Shown one piece after another: positions 1 through 7,412 of a stretch of DNA of 12,122 nt. Position 1 is the stretch's first letter. Each line of letters begins with the position of its first letter. A program made the position numbers and the translations under genes. The DNA is from Chloroflexota bacterium (GTDB lineage: Bacteria > Chloroflexota > Dehalococcoidia > UBA2979). Under the pieces are notes generated by a model. That model made no database searches, was not told the DNA's origin, and worked only from the letters and a program-made list of their open reading frames with translations. The DNA lies in NCBI GenBank assembly GCA_027593235.1, contig JAQCIU010000061.1, positions 1-12,122 of the forward strand, read 5' to 3'.

Positions 1-162
1 ACTCCTGTTCGTTCGACGAGATGGTGCGTTGATCAGTTGAGACCACCCCACATCGTGTGCGCGGAACGATGGCGGGACCGACGCGGTGGTGTGGCGGGAG
101 GCGTGGGGCCTCGTGCGCGGCCGTGTGATGCTGGTTGTGGGTGCGTCGCGCCGGGTGGGGGT

Positions 163-209
163 GTGGTAGCAGGGGGCGGATTCGAACCGCCGACCAAGGG
201 CTTATGAAT
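163..209 (-). repeat. att-site duplication: 3' half of tRNA(CAU), anticodon loop to CCA
   Basis: GTGGTAGCAGGGGGCGGATTCGAACCGCCGACCAAGGGCTTATGAAT at 163-209 is identical to 9432-9478. Identity ends at the 5' edge of the anticodon loop and there is no 5' tRNA half here. Confidence 0.95.
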
Positions 210-325
210 TCTGAAAGATCGCTCTTGGGTCATCCCGCCCAGTGTGGCCTCAGCCTGTGTCTTCAGGCTCTTCTGGGCTCGTCGGTCGCTCAGGGTCATG
301 CCCTGGCCGCGGCCGTACCGGTGAG

Positions 326-347
326 TTGATCCACAATTGATCCCCAA
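326..347. repeat. putative integrase arm-type sites, left end (2 x 11 bp)
   Basis: TTGATCCACAA (326-336) then TTGATCCCCAA (337-347). The same unit recurs in the same orientation at 9344-9370. Confidence 0.7.
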
Positions 348-548
348 CTGCTGACTGCTTAAGCAATTGCGAGGAGCGAGAGGGCACTCAGGTATTGGCG
401 CCTCGTCGGAGGGCGAGATTCTCCAGGACGAGATCTCATCGCATCGCCCCGCTCGAGTCGGTCGCTCGGAGCGATCCGCCAGGCCGCGCTGCTCACGCCC
501 GACGACCTCCCTCCCGCAGAAGGAGGCACGGAGCCGGTCGCGCAACAG

Positions 549-765
549 GTCTTCGTCGTGAAATGCCTCGGCCGCCTCGACGTGCGGCTCGGAGCGACGC
601 CGATCGAACGCTGGCCCGCTCGAGAAGTCCCGAGAGTTCCTCGCGTTCCCGGCTACACAAGGCGGAGCCGCCGTACCGCGCGAGTCCGTGGCTGAGGCGA
701 TGTGGGCGGAGTACCCGTGGGACGCGAGCCTCGGGCACCTGGTCGCGAATGCCGTGAGCGGCCGA
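549..765 (+). pseudogene. frameshifted fragment of a SARP/BTAD-family regulator (winged-helix domain)
   Basis: Manual translation gives VFVVKCLGRLDVRLGATPIERWP, then after a +1 shift near 615-619 LEKSREFLAFPATQGGAAVPRESVAEAMWAEYPWDASLGHLVANAVS. This fits the LG...W..K.RELL...V.RE...EA.W pattern of SARP-type DNA-binding domains. Not in the ORF track. Confidence 0.6.
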
Positions 766-937
766 AACCGGAGCTCCGATCGCCAGGTTCTCGCAGTCGA
801 TGAAGAGGGCGATTCATTCTTCGTCTGCAGCCATCGGTAGACCCTATCGTGCGGCGACGGCCGATCGTGGGCGGGCGCGGCCGAGCGTTCGAGTCGCTCA
901 GCTAGATGTGCGGGCCGGCCGGCGGTGGGGCTCCGTG

Positions 938-1801
938 CTAGGAGACGGTTCGTTCGGCCTCGTCTTGCTGGCCGCGCCGCCGGCGTTGCGAGACGACGAG
1001 GTCGGCGACCGTGGCGACCGCGCTGACGAGCGCCGCGATACCGAGCCAGCGGCGCAGGCGGCCGGCGATCGTGGCGCCGAGGAGTGACGCTGCGGTGACG
1101 CCGTGACTGATCTGGGGATGCCCGAGGTAACGACGCGCCACTCCGGCGGGCGTAGCGAGCGGAGCCAGCCAGCGGGTGCGGCGGGACTCAGGCTGATCGC
1201 CCGGGCCCAAGCGAGGCCGCGTGGTCGTGTCATCCTGCGGGGCGTCGTTTGCTGGCGGCGCCATCTCCGAGGTTGCGGCATGCGCCGCGGTGCCGGAGCT
1301 GGCGCGCCGCAACGCCGCGGCGATCGCGTCACGCTCGGGCTCCACCTGGCGGACGTCCGCCGGACCATCGGCGATCGCGAGGATCGGCGAGGTGACGCCG
1401 CTGACCTCGTAGAGACGGATGGGCGAAGACATGGCGTCGACTGCGAGGGCGGAGCGACCGTCCCGCATGAAGGCGGCGATCGCCTCGGCGAGTTCATCGC
1501 TGGTCGCTGACCCGGCGAGGACGAGTTCGTGCAGGTCTTCGGCGGGTGTGATCTGCTCCTGATCGAAGTAGATCCCGGTCGCCCGGAGGAGCTCCAGCGC
1601 GGCAGAGTCGACCGGGCTGCTCACTAGGTGGTTCGACTCGACGTGTGCATGTAGACCTTGAAGCGGCTCAGGCAGGCGGCCATCGAGAGCCTGCACCGAC
1701 CACTCAAATGCGCGCGGCGACTCTGGCTGCTGCTCACCATCTGCTCGATCGGTGTCATGCGCGGCGTTCGCGTGTTCGTCAGTGGCGTGGCGTTGAATCA
1801 T
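938..1801 (-). CDS. hypothetical protein (~287 aa) with C-terminal hydrophobic segment
   Basis: ATG at 1801 preceded by a GGAAGGA RBS. Acidic globular-looking core; C-terminus WLGIAALVSAVATVADLVV followed by RRRR. No family recognised. Confidence 0.6.
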   Translation of the reverse strand: MIQRHATDEHANAAHDTDRADGEQQPESPRAFEWSVQALDGRLPEPLQGLHAHVESNHLVSSPVDSAALELLRATGIYFDQEQITPAEDLHELVLAGSATSDELAEAIAAFMRDGRSALAVDAMSSPIRLYEVSGVTSPILAIADGPADVRQVEPERDAIAAALRRASSGTAAHAATSEMAPPANDAPQDDTTTRPRLGPGDQPESRRTRWLAPLATPAGVARRYLGHPQISHGVTAASLLGATIAGRLRRWLGIAALVSAVATVADLVVSQRRRRGQQDEAERTVS

Positions 1802-2170
1802 CCGGTTCCTTCCGTTCTTCGCTTCCGGCGGTCGGAGCGAGGTCGTTGCGCGGGCAACCGGCCCCGTGGCTGGCAGCCGGTTGCCGCGCGACGTTCGAGG
1901 TCGAGACACGTTTTGATCGCATCCAGCGATCCGCCCGGCGATGCGAGTACTGCCTCCGACTGTTCCGACTCCAAGATTCCGAGCTGGTCCATTCCGTCAT
2001 GAGGGCCGGAGGTCACGGAGCGCCGGCCCGATCGGGCGTGAATCGCGGCACACCGACCCAACCCGCGAATCCCGAACGCAGGCGTCGTGCCAAACGGCTC
2101 CTCGCTCTCCGGCAAACGCCAGTTTTGAACTGAACACAGACTTCGGGCGACGGGGGGCACGCGCGACGAG

Positions 2171-3058
2171 TCAAAGCTCGACAAGCTCGTCCGGCAACGC
2201 CTCGGCGAGCGTCGGCTGGGCAAACTCCCACCCGCCATCGGTGAGTCGCTGCGGCACCACCCGCTGGCTCACCAGCCCGGTCTCCTCCGCCTTCTCGCCA
2301 CCCATGATCAGCTTCAGCGCGAAGGCGGGCAGCGGGAACAGGGTCGGTCGGCTGATCGCACGGCCGAGGTCTTTCGTGAAGGTGTTGTTAGTCGCCTCTT
2401 CGGGCGCCACTGCGTTCAGCGGGCCTGACACGTCCCCGGTCACCGCGTGCTCGTAGATCCGCACGAGGTCCTCCAGGCCGACCCACGGGAAGTACTGCTT
2501 CCCGCTGCCGAGCTTGCCTCCGAGGCCGAACTTGAACGGGGTGATCAGCGCCGGGAGCATGCTCCGCGGCACGATGCCGCTGCGCACCATCGCCACCCGC
2601 AGTCCGAGTTGCTCGGCCGGCTGCGCCGCGGCCTCCCAATCGACCACGAGGTCGGCGAGGAACCCGCTGCCGCGAGCCGCCTCCTCGGTCAGTCGCTCGT
2701 CGCCGCGGTCGCCGTAGAACCCGACGGCCGAAGACGTCACGAACGCCTGTGGTCGGTCGCTCATCCCTCGGATCGTGTCCACCAGCAGGGTCGCGCCGTC
2801 GATCCGACTGCTGCGCATCTCCTTCTTGTAGGAGTCGCTCCAGCGCCCGTCGCCGATCGACGCGCCGGCGAGGTGCAGCACCACGTCGACGCCATCGAGG
2901 ATGCCCTCGCGCACCCAGCGGTCCGCCGGGCTCCATTCCGCGTTGGGGTTCGAGGCGTCGCCGTGCCTGAGCCGGATGACGTCGTGGCCAGCCGCCTCGA
3001 GCCTGGGCCGCAGCGCAGAGCCGACCATTCCAGAGCTGCCCGTGATCGCGATTCGCAT
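2171..3058 (-). CDS. TIGR01777-family NAD(P)-dependent epimerase/oxidoreductase (YfcH-like)
   Basis: MRIAITGSSGMVG Rossmann start; HLAGASI..RW, SAVGFYG, GFLA...DWE and FKFGLGGKLGSGKQYFPW motifs. ATG overlaps the upstream stop (TGATG) and has a GGAGG RBS. Confidence 0.9.
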   Translation of the reverse strand: MRIAITGSSGMVGSALRPRLEAAGHDVIRLRHGDASNPNAEWSPADRWVREGILDGVDVVLHLAGASIGDGRWSDSYKKEMRSSRIDGATLLVDTIRGMSDRPQAFVTSSAVGFYGDRGDERLTEEAARGSGFLADLVVDWEAAAQPAEQLGLRVAMVRSGIVPRSMLPALITPFKFGLGGKLGSGKQYFPWVGLEDLVRIYEHAVTGDVSGPLNAVAPEEATNNTFTKDLGRAISRPTLFPLPAFALKLIMGGEKAEETGLVSQRVVPQRLTDGGWEFAQPTLAEALPDELVEL

Positions 3059-4020
3059 CAGTCCACCTCCCGGTGGCCTCGATGGAGCGGGATGGGAGCG
3101 CTGCCTGTCAGCTTTCTCTCTCCGCCGCTTCCAGTCAACGTTTCGATCATGACGTTCGCGGCGTCGCCGATGGCGGCGGGTAACCGCACGCCAGGGATGT
3201 CCGAGGAGTCCCCCGCCGCGTCCAGGGCGGGCCCCCCGACGAAGATGCGCGCGCGCACCTTCCCCGCGACCAGCGCCCGTGCGGTCAGTCCCATCACCGG
3301 AAGCGTGGTCGGCGCGGTCGCCGAGAGCGACACTGCGTCGGCATTCGTGCGGCGCAGCGCTGACAGCAAGTCGACACCCGGCACGTCTGCACCGAGGAAG
3401 ATCACCCGCAGGCCGGCTTCGCGCAGGAGCAGCCACAGCGCGCTCACCCCCAGGTCGTGACGCTCATCCTCGGGACAGGCCAGCACGACCGTCGGCGCAT
3501 CGGCTGGCGACATTGGGAGCACGGCTACCGTCGCGAGCAGCTCACGGCGCACGATCGATGACGCGAAGTGCTCCGAGCTCAGCGCCAGCTCGCCACGTTC
3601 CCAACGCTCGCCGATCACCCGCAGCGAGGGGAAGAGGACCTCGGCAAGAGCGCCCCGCCAACCAAGCGACTCCACGGCCTCTTCGATTGCCGCCTGCAGC
3701 TCGGGCTCGTCGTAGCGTTCCGCCGCATCCACGATCGCGAAGGCGAGTGAGTGCACCTCGGCCGGTGGCGCCGCCGGGAGCTCGACGACCGTGCCGCGTT
3801 CGGCCTCGGAGAAGGCCGCCTCGGCCGCCTGGGCTGCCGGCACTCCCGCATCGACCAGCGCGGCCATGCGCCGGATAACGGCGAGGTCGTCCTCCTCGTA
3901 GAGCCGGCGCCCGGTATCCGAGCGGTCAGGGTGGGGGACCCCGTAGCGGCGTTCCCACGTTCGTAGTCGTGCCGAGCTCACGCCAGTGGCCTTCGAAGCG
4001 GCCTGAACTGTGTACTTCAT
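3058..4020 (-). CDS. carH: MerR-family adenosylcobalamin-dependent photoreceptor/repressor (CarH/LitR type)
   Basis: MerR HTH (TGVSSARLRTWERRYG..P.R...GRRLY), W-x9-EH motif (WERGELALSSEH), B12-binding ExHxxG (ERHDLG) with later SxT and GG. Start placed at ATG 4020, apparently leaderless. Confidence 0.88.
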   Translation of the reverse strand: MKYTVQAASKATGVSSARLRTWERRYGVPHPDRSDTGRRLYEEDDLAVIRRMAALVDAGVPAAQAAEAAFSEAERGTVVELPAAPPAEVHSLAFAIVDAAERYDEPELQAAIEEAVESLGWRGALAEVLFPSLRVIGERWERGELALSSEHFASSIVRRELLATVAVLPMSPADAPTVVLACPEDERHDLGVSALWLLLREAGLRVIFLGADVPGVDLLSALRRTNADAVSLSATAPTTLPVMGLTARALVAGKVRARIFVGGPALDAAGDSSDIPGVRLPAAIGDAANVMIETLTGSGGERKLTGSAPIPLHRGHREVD

Positions 4021-4026
4021 GACGAG

Positions 4027-4055
4027 AGGATAGAAGTTTTGCAGTTCTTTTGCAA
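4027..4055 (-). promoter_or_regulatory. sigma70-type promoter for leaderless carH
   Basis: Minus strand reads TTGCAA (4055-4050)-N17-TATCCT (4032-4027)-N6-ATG. No Shine-Dalgarno sequence. Confidence 0.6.
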
Positions 4056-4068
4056 TATGGACTTGCAT
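4037..4068. promoter_or_regulatory. candidate CarH operator (TTTTGCA at 11-bp spacing, third TTGCA 13 bp further)
   Basis: TTTTGCA at 4037 and 4048, TTGCA at 4063, overlapping both -35 boxes. CarH proteins are known to bind 11-bp direct repeats overlapping -35. Confidence 0.5.
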
Positions 4069-4091
4069 CATCTTCAATTCTGCGCCACTAT
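4063..4091 (+). promoter_or_regulatory. divergent promoter for the fasciclin gene
   Basis: TTGCAT (4063-4068)-N17-CACTAT (4086-4091), back to back with the carH promoter. Confidence 0.45.
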
Positions 4092-4231
4092 CCGATCACG
4101 GTGACGCAGTTCTGAACAACTTCGTCACGGACATCGGCATCAACGGGAGGGAGGACCCGACGACGCAACAGCAGCCGGAACGGCCAGATCGAGGTGCCCA
4201 TACCGAGTGGGCCGGTAACAAGACCTGAACA

Positions 4232-5365
4232 ATGAAGAGACCAATGAAGAACGCATTCGCAGCCATCGGCGCTGCACTGATTGCGCTGGCGCTCGTATCT
4301 TCGAGCTCCGCCGCACAACTTCTGCCTCAGAACAGCGACGATGCGGAGATCGCCCAGAGCGGTCCGGAGGACATCGTGGACACCGCCGTTGGGGCGGGGA
4401 ATTTCGACACGCTGGCGGCGGCACTCACCGCAGCTGGCCTCGTAGACACGCTCAAGGGTGACGGACCGTTCACGGTCTTCGCGCCGACCGACGACGCCTT
4501 CGCGGCGCTGCCAGCCGGGACGCTTGACGCCCTGCTGGCCGACATCCCGGCGCTGACCGACATCCTGCTCTACCACGTGGTGGCAGGCTCGGTGCCGGCC
4601 GCTGACGTCGTGACGCTCAGCTCGGCGACCACCGTGCAGGGCTCGGATGTCAGCATCGCGATCGTCGACGGTGGCGTCGTGCTGAACGACTCCGTGAACG
4701 TCACCGCGACCGACGTGTTCGCCTCGAACGGCGTCATCCACGTGATCGACACCGTGCTCCTGCCCCCGTCCCCGATGGAGGACGCGACGCCGTCGATGGA
4801 CATCGTTGACACGGCGGTCGCAGCGGGGAGCTTCACGACGCTGGCCGCAGCGCTCGAGGCGGCTGACCTGATTGGCACCCTCTAGGGTGAGGGCCCGTTC
4901 ACCGTCTTCGCCCCGACCGACGACGCCTTCGCGGCGCTGCCGGCCGGTACGGTTGACGCTCTGCTGGCCGACACCCCGGCGCTGACGGACGTGCTGCTGT
5001 ACCACGTGGTGAGCGGTTCGGTGCTCGCCGAGACCGTGGTCGGTCTCGACACTGCGACGACTGTCCAGGGTTCGCAGATCACGATCGAGGTCGTGGACGG
5101 CAAGGTCATCCTTAACGGCAACATCGAGGTCCTGACCACCGACATCCTCGCCTCGAACGGCGTCATCCACGTCATCGACGGCGTGCTCCTGCCGTCGGCC
5201 GGGGTAGCCGCCCCCGCCCCCGCCCTGGCCCCGGCCGCGGCTGGCAACGCTGGCCTCGGCAGTGGCTCAGGCATCGGTGCCGGATGGCTCGCTGCCATCG
5301 GGGTCATCGCGGCCGCCGGTCTGCTCGGTGGCGCTCGCCTCGCGACCAACGCGCGCCGTAACTAG
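4232..5365 (+). pseudogene. two-domain fasciclin (FAS1) surface protein interrupted by an in-frame TAG at 4883-4885
   Basis: Signal peptide (start 4232 or 4244) and two FAS1 domains ([13 protein letters not shown]...ILLYHVV...[10 protein letters not shown]). C-terminus has [10 protein letters not shown], a hydrophobic helix and an RRN tail. ORFs 4232-4885 and 4991-5365 share a frame and are separated only by the one TAG. Confidence 0.85.
4370..5194 (+). repeat. internal tandem duplication of the FAS1 domain, period 429 bp
   Basis: GACATCGTGGAC (4370) aligns with GACATCGTTGAC (4799). Long near-identical stretches such as CCGACCGACGACGCCTTCGCGGCGCTGCC occur in both units. Confidence 0.9.
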
Positions 5366-5402
5366 GCGCGGGTTGGCCTCCCTCGCGCAGGGAAGCGACA
5401 CC

Positions 5403-5441
5403 CGGCACCGCCCTCGGCTTCGGCCGGGGGCGGTGTCGTTA
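5403..5441 (+). terminator. strong hairpin after the fasciclin gene, probable intrinsic terminator
   Basis: 16-bp stem CGGCACCGCCCTCGGC / GCCGGGGGCGGTGTCG (two G-U pairs) with a cUUCGg tetraloop. The U tract is short (TT). Confidence 0.7.
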
Positions 5442-5694
5442 ACCAAACGAAAGCCCACGCGCTTCGCGGCCCGCGACTCGACGAATGCGAGCAGCACCCT
5501 GACTATCTGGATATCGTGACGATGGAAACCGATTCGAGACGACCTCCGCGCTGCTGGATAGCGATCACTCCGGGTGAGCCGAACCGCCGTACGGCCAAGC
5601 TGGCAGGCCAGCGCGGCGCTGATGCCGCTACTTGCTCGGATCAGCCGGACACACTGCCCCGGCAGTTCCATGCATTCGCCCAGGTGGTTTCGAG

Positions 5695-6954
5695 ATGAAG
5701 ATCGCCGTGATCGGCGCAGGCGTCAGCGGACTGACGGCCGCCTATCTCTTGGACCGTGAACACGACGTTGAGTTGTTCGAGCGCAACACCTACGCGGGCG
5801 GACACGCGAACACGGTGATCGTACCGGGCCTCGATGGCGCGGACGTCCCACTCGATGTCGGCTTCATCGTCTACAACGAGCGGACATATCCCGGGCTGAC
5901 CCGCCTGCTCGCCGAGCTCGATGTCGCCACTCGGCAGAGCGAGATGTCGTTCAGCGTCGCCTGCGAGGAAGACGACTTCGAGTTCAGCAGCCGCGGCATC
6001 CGCGGCTACCTGGCGCAGCCCCGCAACGCGCTGAGGCCATCGCACCTGCGGATGGTCCTCGACCTGTTGCGCTTCCATCGCGACGCGAAGCGCGTGCTAG
6101 CGGAAGACACGATGCACGACGTCAGTTTCGAGGCGTACCTCGACCAACGAGGGTTTGGAGACGCCTTCCGTGAACGGCTGATCGTGCCGTTGATCGCCTC
6201 AACCTGGTCTAACTCGCCGGAGAACATCATCAAGTTCCCGGCGAACTACCTGCTCCGCTTCCTCCGCCAGCACGGCGTGCTCGACCGGAACGCGATCCCG
6301 GAGTGGCGCTGGATCGAGGGCGGCTCGCGCAGCTATGTGAACCGCATCCTCGAGTCGCTGCCCGAGGGGTCCGTCCACCTGGACAGCGAGATCCGCGGGA
6401 TCTCGAGGGCCGGTGGACCCTGCATCGCGTTCGCGAACGGAGAACGGCGTCCGTTCGATGCACTGGTGATCGCCACGCACCCGGACCAGGCGCTCCGCCT
6501 GCTGTCAGATCCCACCGCCGAGGAGCGCGCCGCGCTTGAGGGCTTCACCTACGCGCCGAATCACGTCGTGCTGCACACCGATGACCGGCTGCTGCCGAAG
6601 CGCGAGGCGGCACGCGCCGCCTGGAACTATCAGCGCCACGAGTGCTCAGGCTTCCCGAAGACGCTCACGATGACCTATGACCTGGCACGCCTGCAGCGCC
6701 TGCCCGGCGAGCATCCCTACTGCGTCTCGGTGAACCCTGGCGACCGCGTCGATCCGTCGAAGGTGCTGGCCAAATTCGACTACATGCACCCCGTCTACTC
6801 GATGGACACGCTCGAGGCGCAGCATCGCCTCGAGGCGATCAACGGTAAGCGCGACACCCACTTCGCCGGCGCCTACCTCGGCTACGGTTTCCACGAGGAC
6901 GGCCTGCAGGCTGGCGTGCGCGCCGCGAAGAGATTGAGTGCCTCGACCACCTGA
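5695..6954 (+). CDS. FAD-dependent oxidoreductase (amine oxidase-like; Rv0449c / UfaD-type NAD/FAD-binding family)
   Basis: MKIAVIGAGVSGL dinucleotide motif, GGHANT, DVGFIVYNERTYP, EMSFSV, W..I.GGSRSYV and GAYLGYGFHEDG. AGGTGG RBS before ATG 5695. The last ~6 codons derive from the IS fragment. Confidence 0.88.
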   Translation: MKIAVIGAGVSGLTAAYLLDREHDVELFERNTYAGGHANTVIVPGLDGADVPLDVGFIVYNERTYPGLTRLLAELDVATRQSEMSFSVACEEDDFEFSSRGIRGYLAQPRNALRPSHLRMVLDLLRFHRDAKRVLAEDTMHDVSFEAYLDQRGFGDAFRERLIVPLIASTWSNSPENIIKFPANYLLRFLRQHGVLDRNAIPEWRWIEGGSRSYVNRILESLPEGSVHLDSEIRGISRAGGPCIAFANGERRPFDALVIATHPDQALRLLSDPTAEERAALEGFTYAPNHVVLHTDDRLLPKREAARAAWNYQRHECSGFPKTLTMTYDLARLQRLPGEHPYCVSVNPGDRVDPSKVLAKFDYMHPVYSMDTLEAQHRLEAINGKRDTHFAGAYLGYGFHEDGLQAGVRAAKRLSASTT

Positions 6955-7151
6955 TCGTGCTCAACGAGTCGCAGCTCCGCCGGGTGCTGAGTGAGTACGT
7001 CACCCACTACAACAACGCGCGTCCGCATCGATCATTGGCGCTTGAGCCGCCGGCTGGTCCTCGAGCGCTAACGCCATTCCCGCAGCGGTCTCGCGTCTTT
7101 GGGGCACCGGTCCTCGGCGGCCTCCACCACGATTACGACTGGGCGGCCTGA
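6936..7151 (+). pseudogene. C-terminal remnant of an rve integrase-core (IS481/IS3-like DDE) transposase
   Basis: From 6936 reads ECLDHLIVLNESQLRRVLSEYVTHYNNARPHRSL...PVLGGLHHDYDWAA*, the characteristic end of integrase-core-domain transposases. The N-terminal part is absent. Confidence 0.85.
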
Positions 7152-7153
7152 CC

Positions 7154-7174
7154 GCGGATGGGGTTTTCGCGCCC
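7154..7174 (+). repeat. right terminal inverted repeat of the IS481-like remnant, split by IS110 (last 4 nt CACA at 8647-8650)
   Basis: Removing the IS110 restores GCGGATGGGGTTTTCGCGCCCCACA directly after the transposase stop, ending in ACA as in TGT...ACA-ended elements. The partner left IR is not seen. Confidence 0.65.
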
Positions 7175-7186
7175 TATACGTCGAAG

Positions 7187-7378
7187 CCGGTGGCACTCGG
7201 GTCCGGGTAGCCGGATAGAGTGACGCTGGCCGGCCCCCGCTGGGAGCGCCTTTTCGTGCCTGCCGACCGAACGGCCTCTGTGGGAGATGCGCCCCAGCGG
7301 GGTAGCCGCGGTACGAACGTCCACAAAGATGTCGCGCCGCGAGCGCCAGTATAGGGCTGACGATGTAGCGCGGCCGCC
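7187..7378 (+). ncRNA. IS110 bridge RNA (5' hairpin, target-binding loop, donor-binding loop); ends approximate
   Basis: 5' hairpin 7202-7215. Target loop closed by stem 7235-7249/7289-7302 with inner hairpin 7262-7275, carrying TTTTCGTGCC and CTGTGGG. Donor loop closed by stem 7305-7321/7359-7374 with inner hairpin 7334-7346, carrying CAAAGATGTC and GTATAGG. All four segments match the element junctions. Confidence 0.85.
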
Positions 7379-7412
7379 GGTCGAACCGTTCTCCCCGTGA
7401 GGAAAGGTCGAC

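Noticed and set aside
1-10. AGGAG on the minus strand at the window edge, a possible RBS of a downstream host gene
   Set aside because: The start codon and ORF would lie outside the window and cannot be supported.
163-209. A second tRNA gene
   Set aside because: Only the 3' half is present; there is no D arm or 5' acceptor strand.
2120-2139. CAGTTTTGAACTGAACACAG as another IS end bounding the carH module
   Set aside because: It resembles GTTTT...CACAG of the reconstructed IR, but the spacing differs by one base, the middle does not match and there is no adjacent transposase.
4883-4885. TAG reassignment (alternative genetic code or pyrrolysine) to explain the fasciclin internal stop
   Set aside because: TAG is the apparent true stop of the same gene (5363-5365), of int and of the protease, and no other gene has internal TAGs.
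5442-5694. Separate ECF-sigma or CarH-controlled promoter for the oxidoreductase
   Set aside because: A promoter is likely needed after the terminator, but I found no convincing -35/-10 pair or phased repeat.
7172-7174. CCC as a 3-bp target-site duplication of the IS110
   Set aside because: A CC core fits the shared register of both guide loops and gives 17-bp promoter spacing; a CCC core gives 18 bp and offsets the guides.
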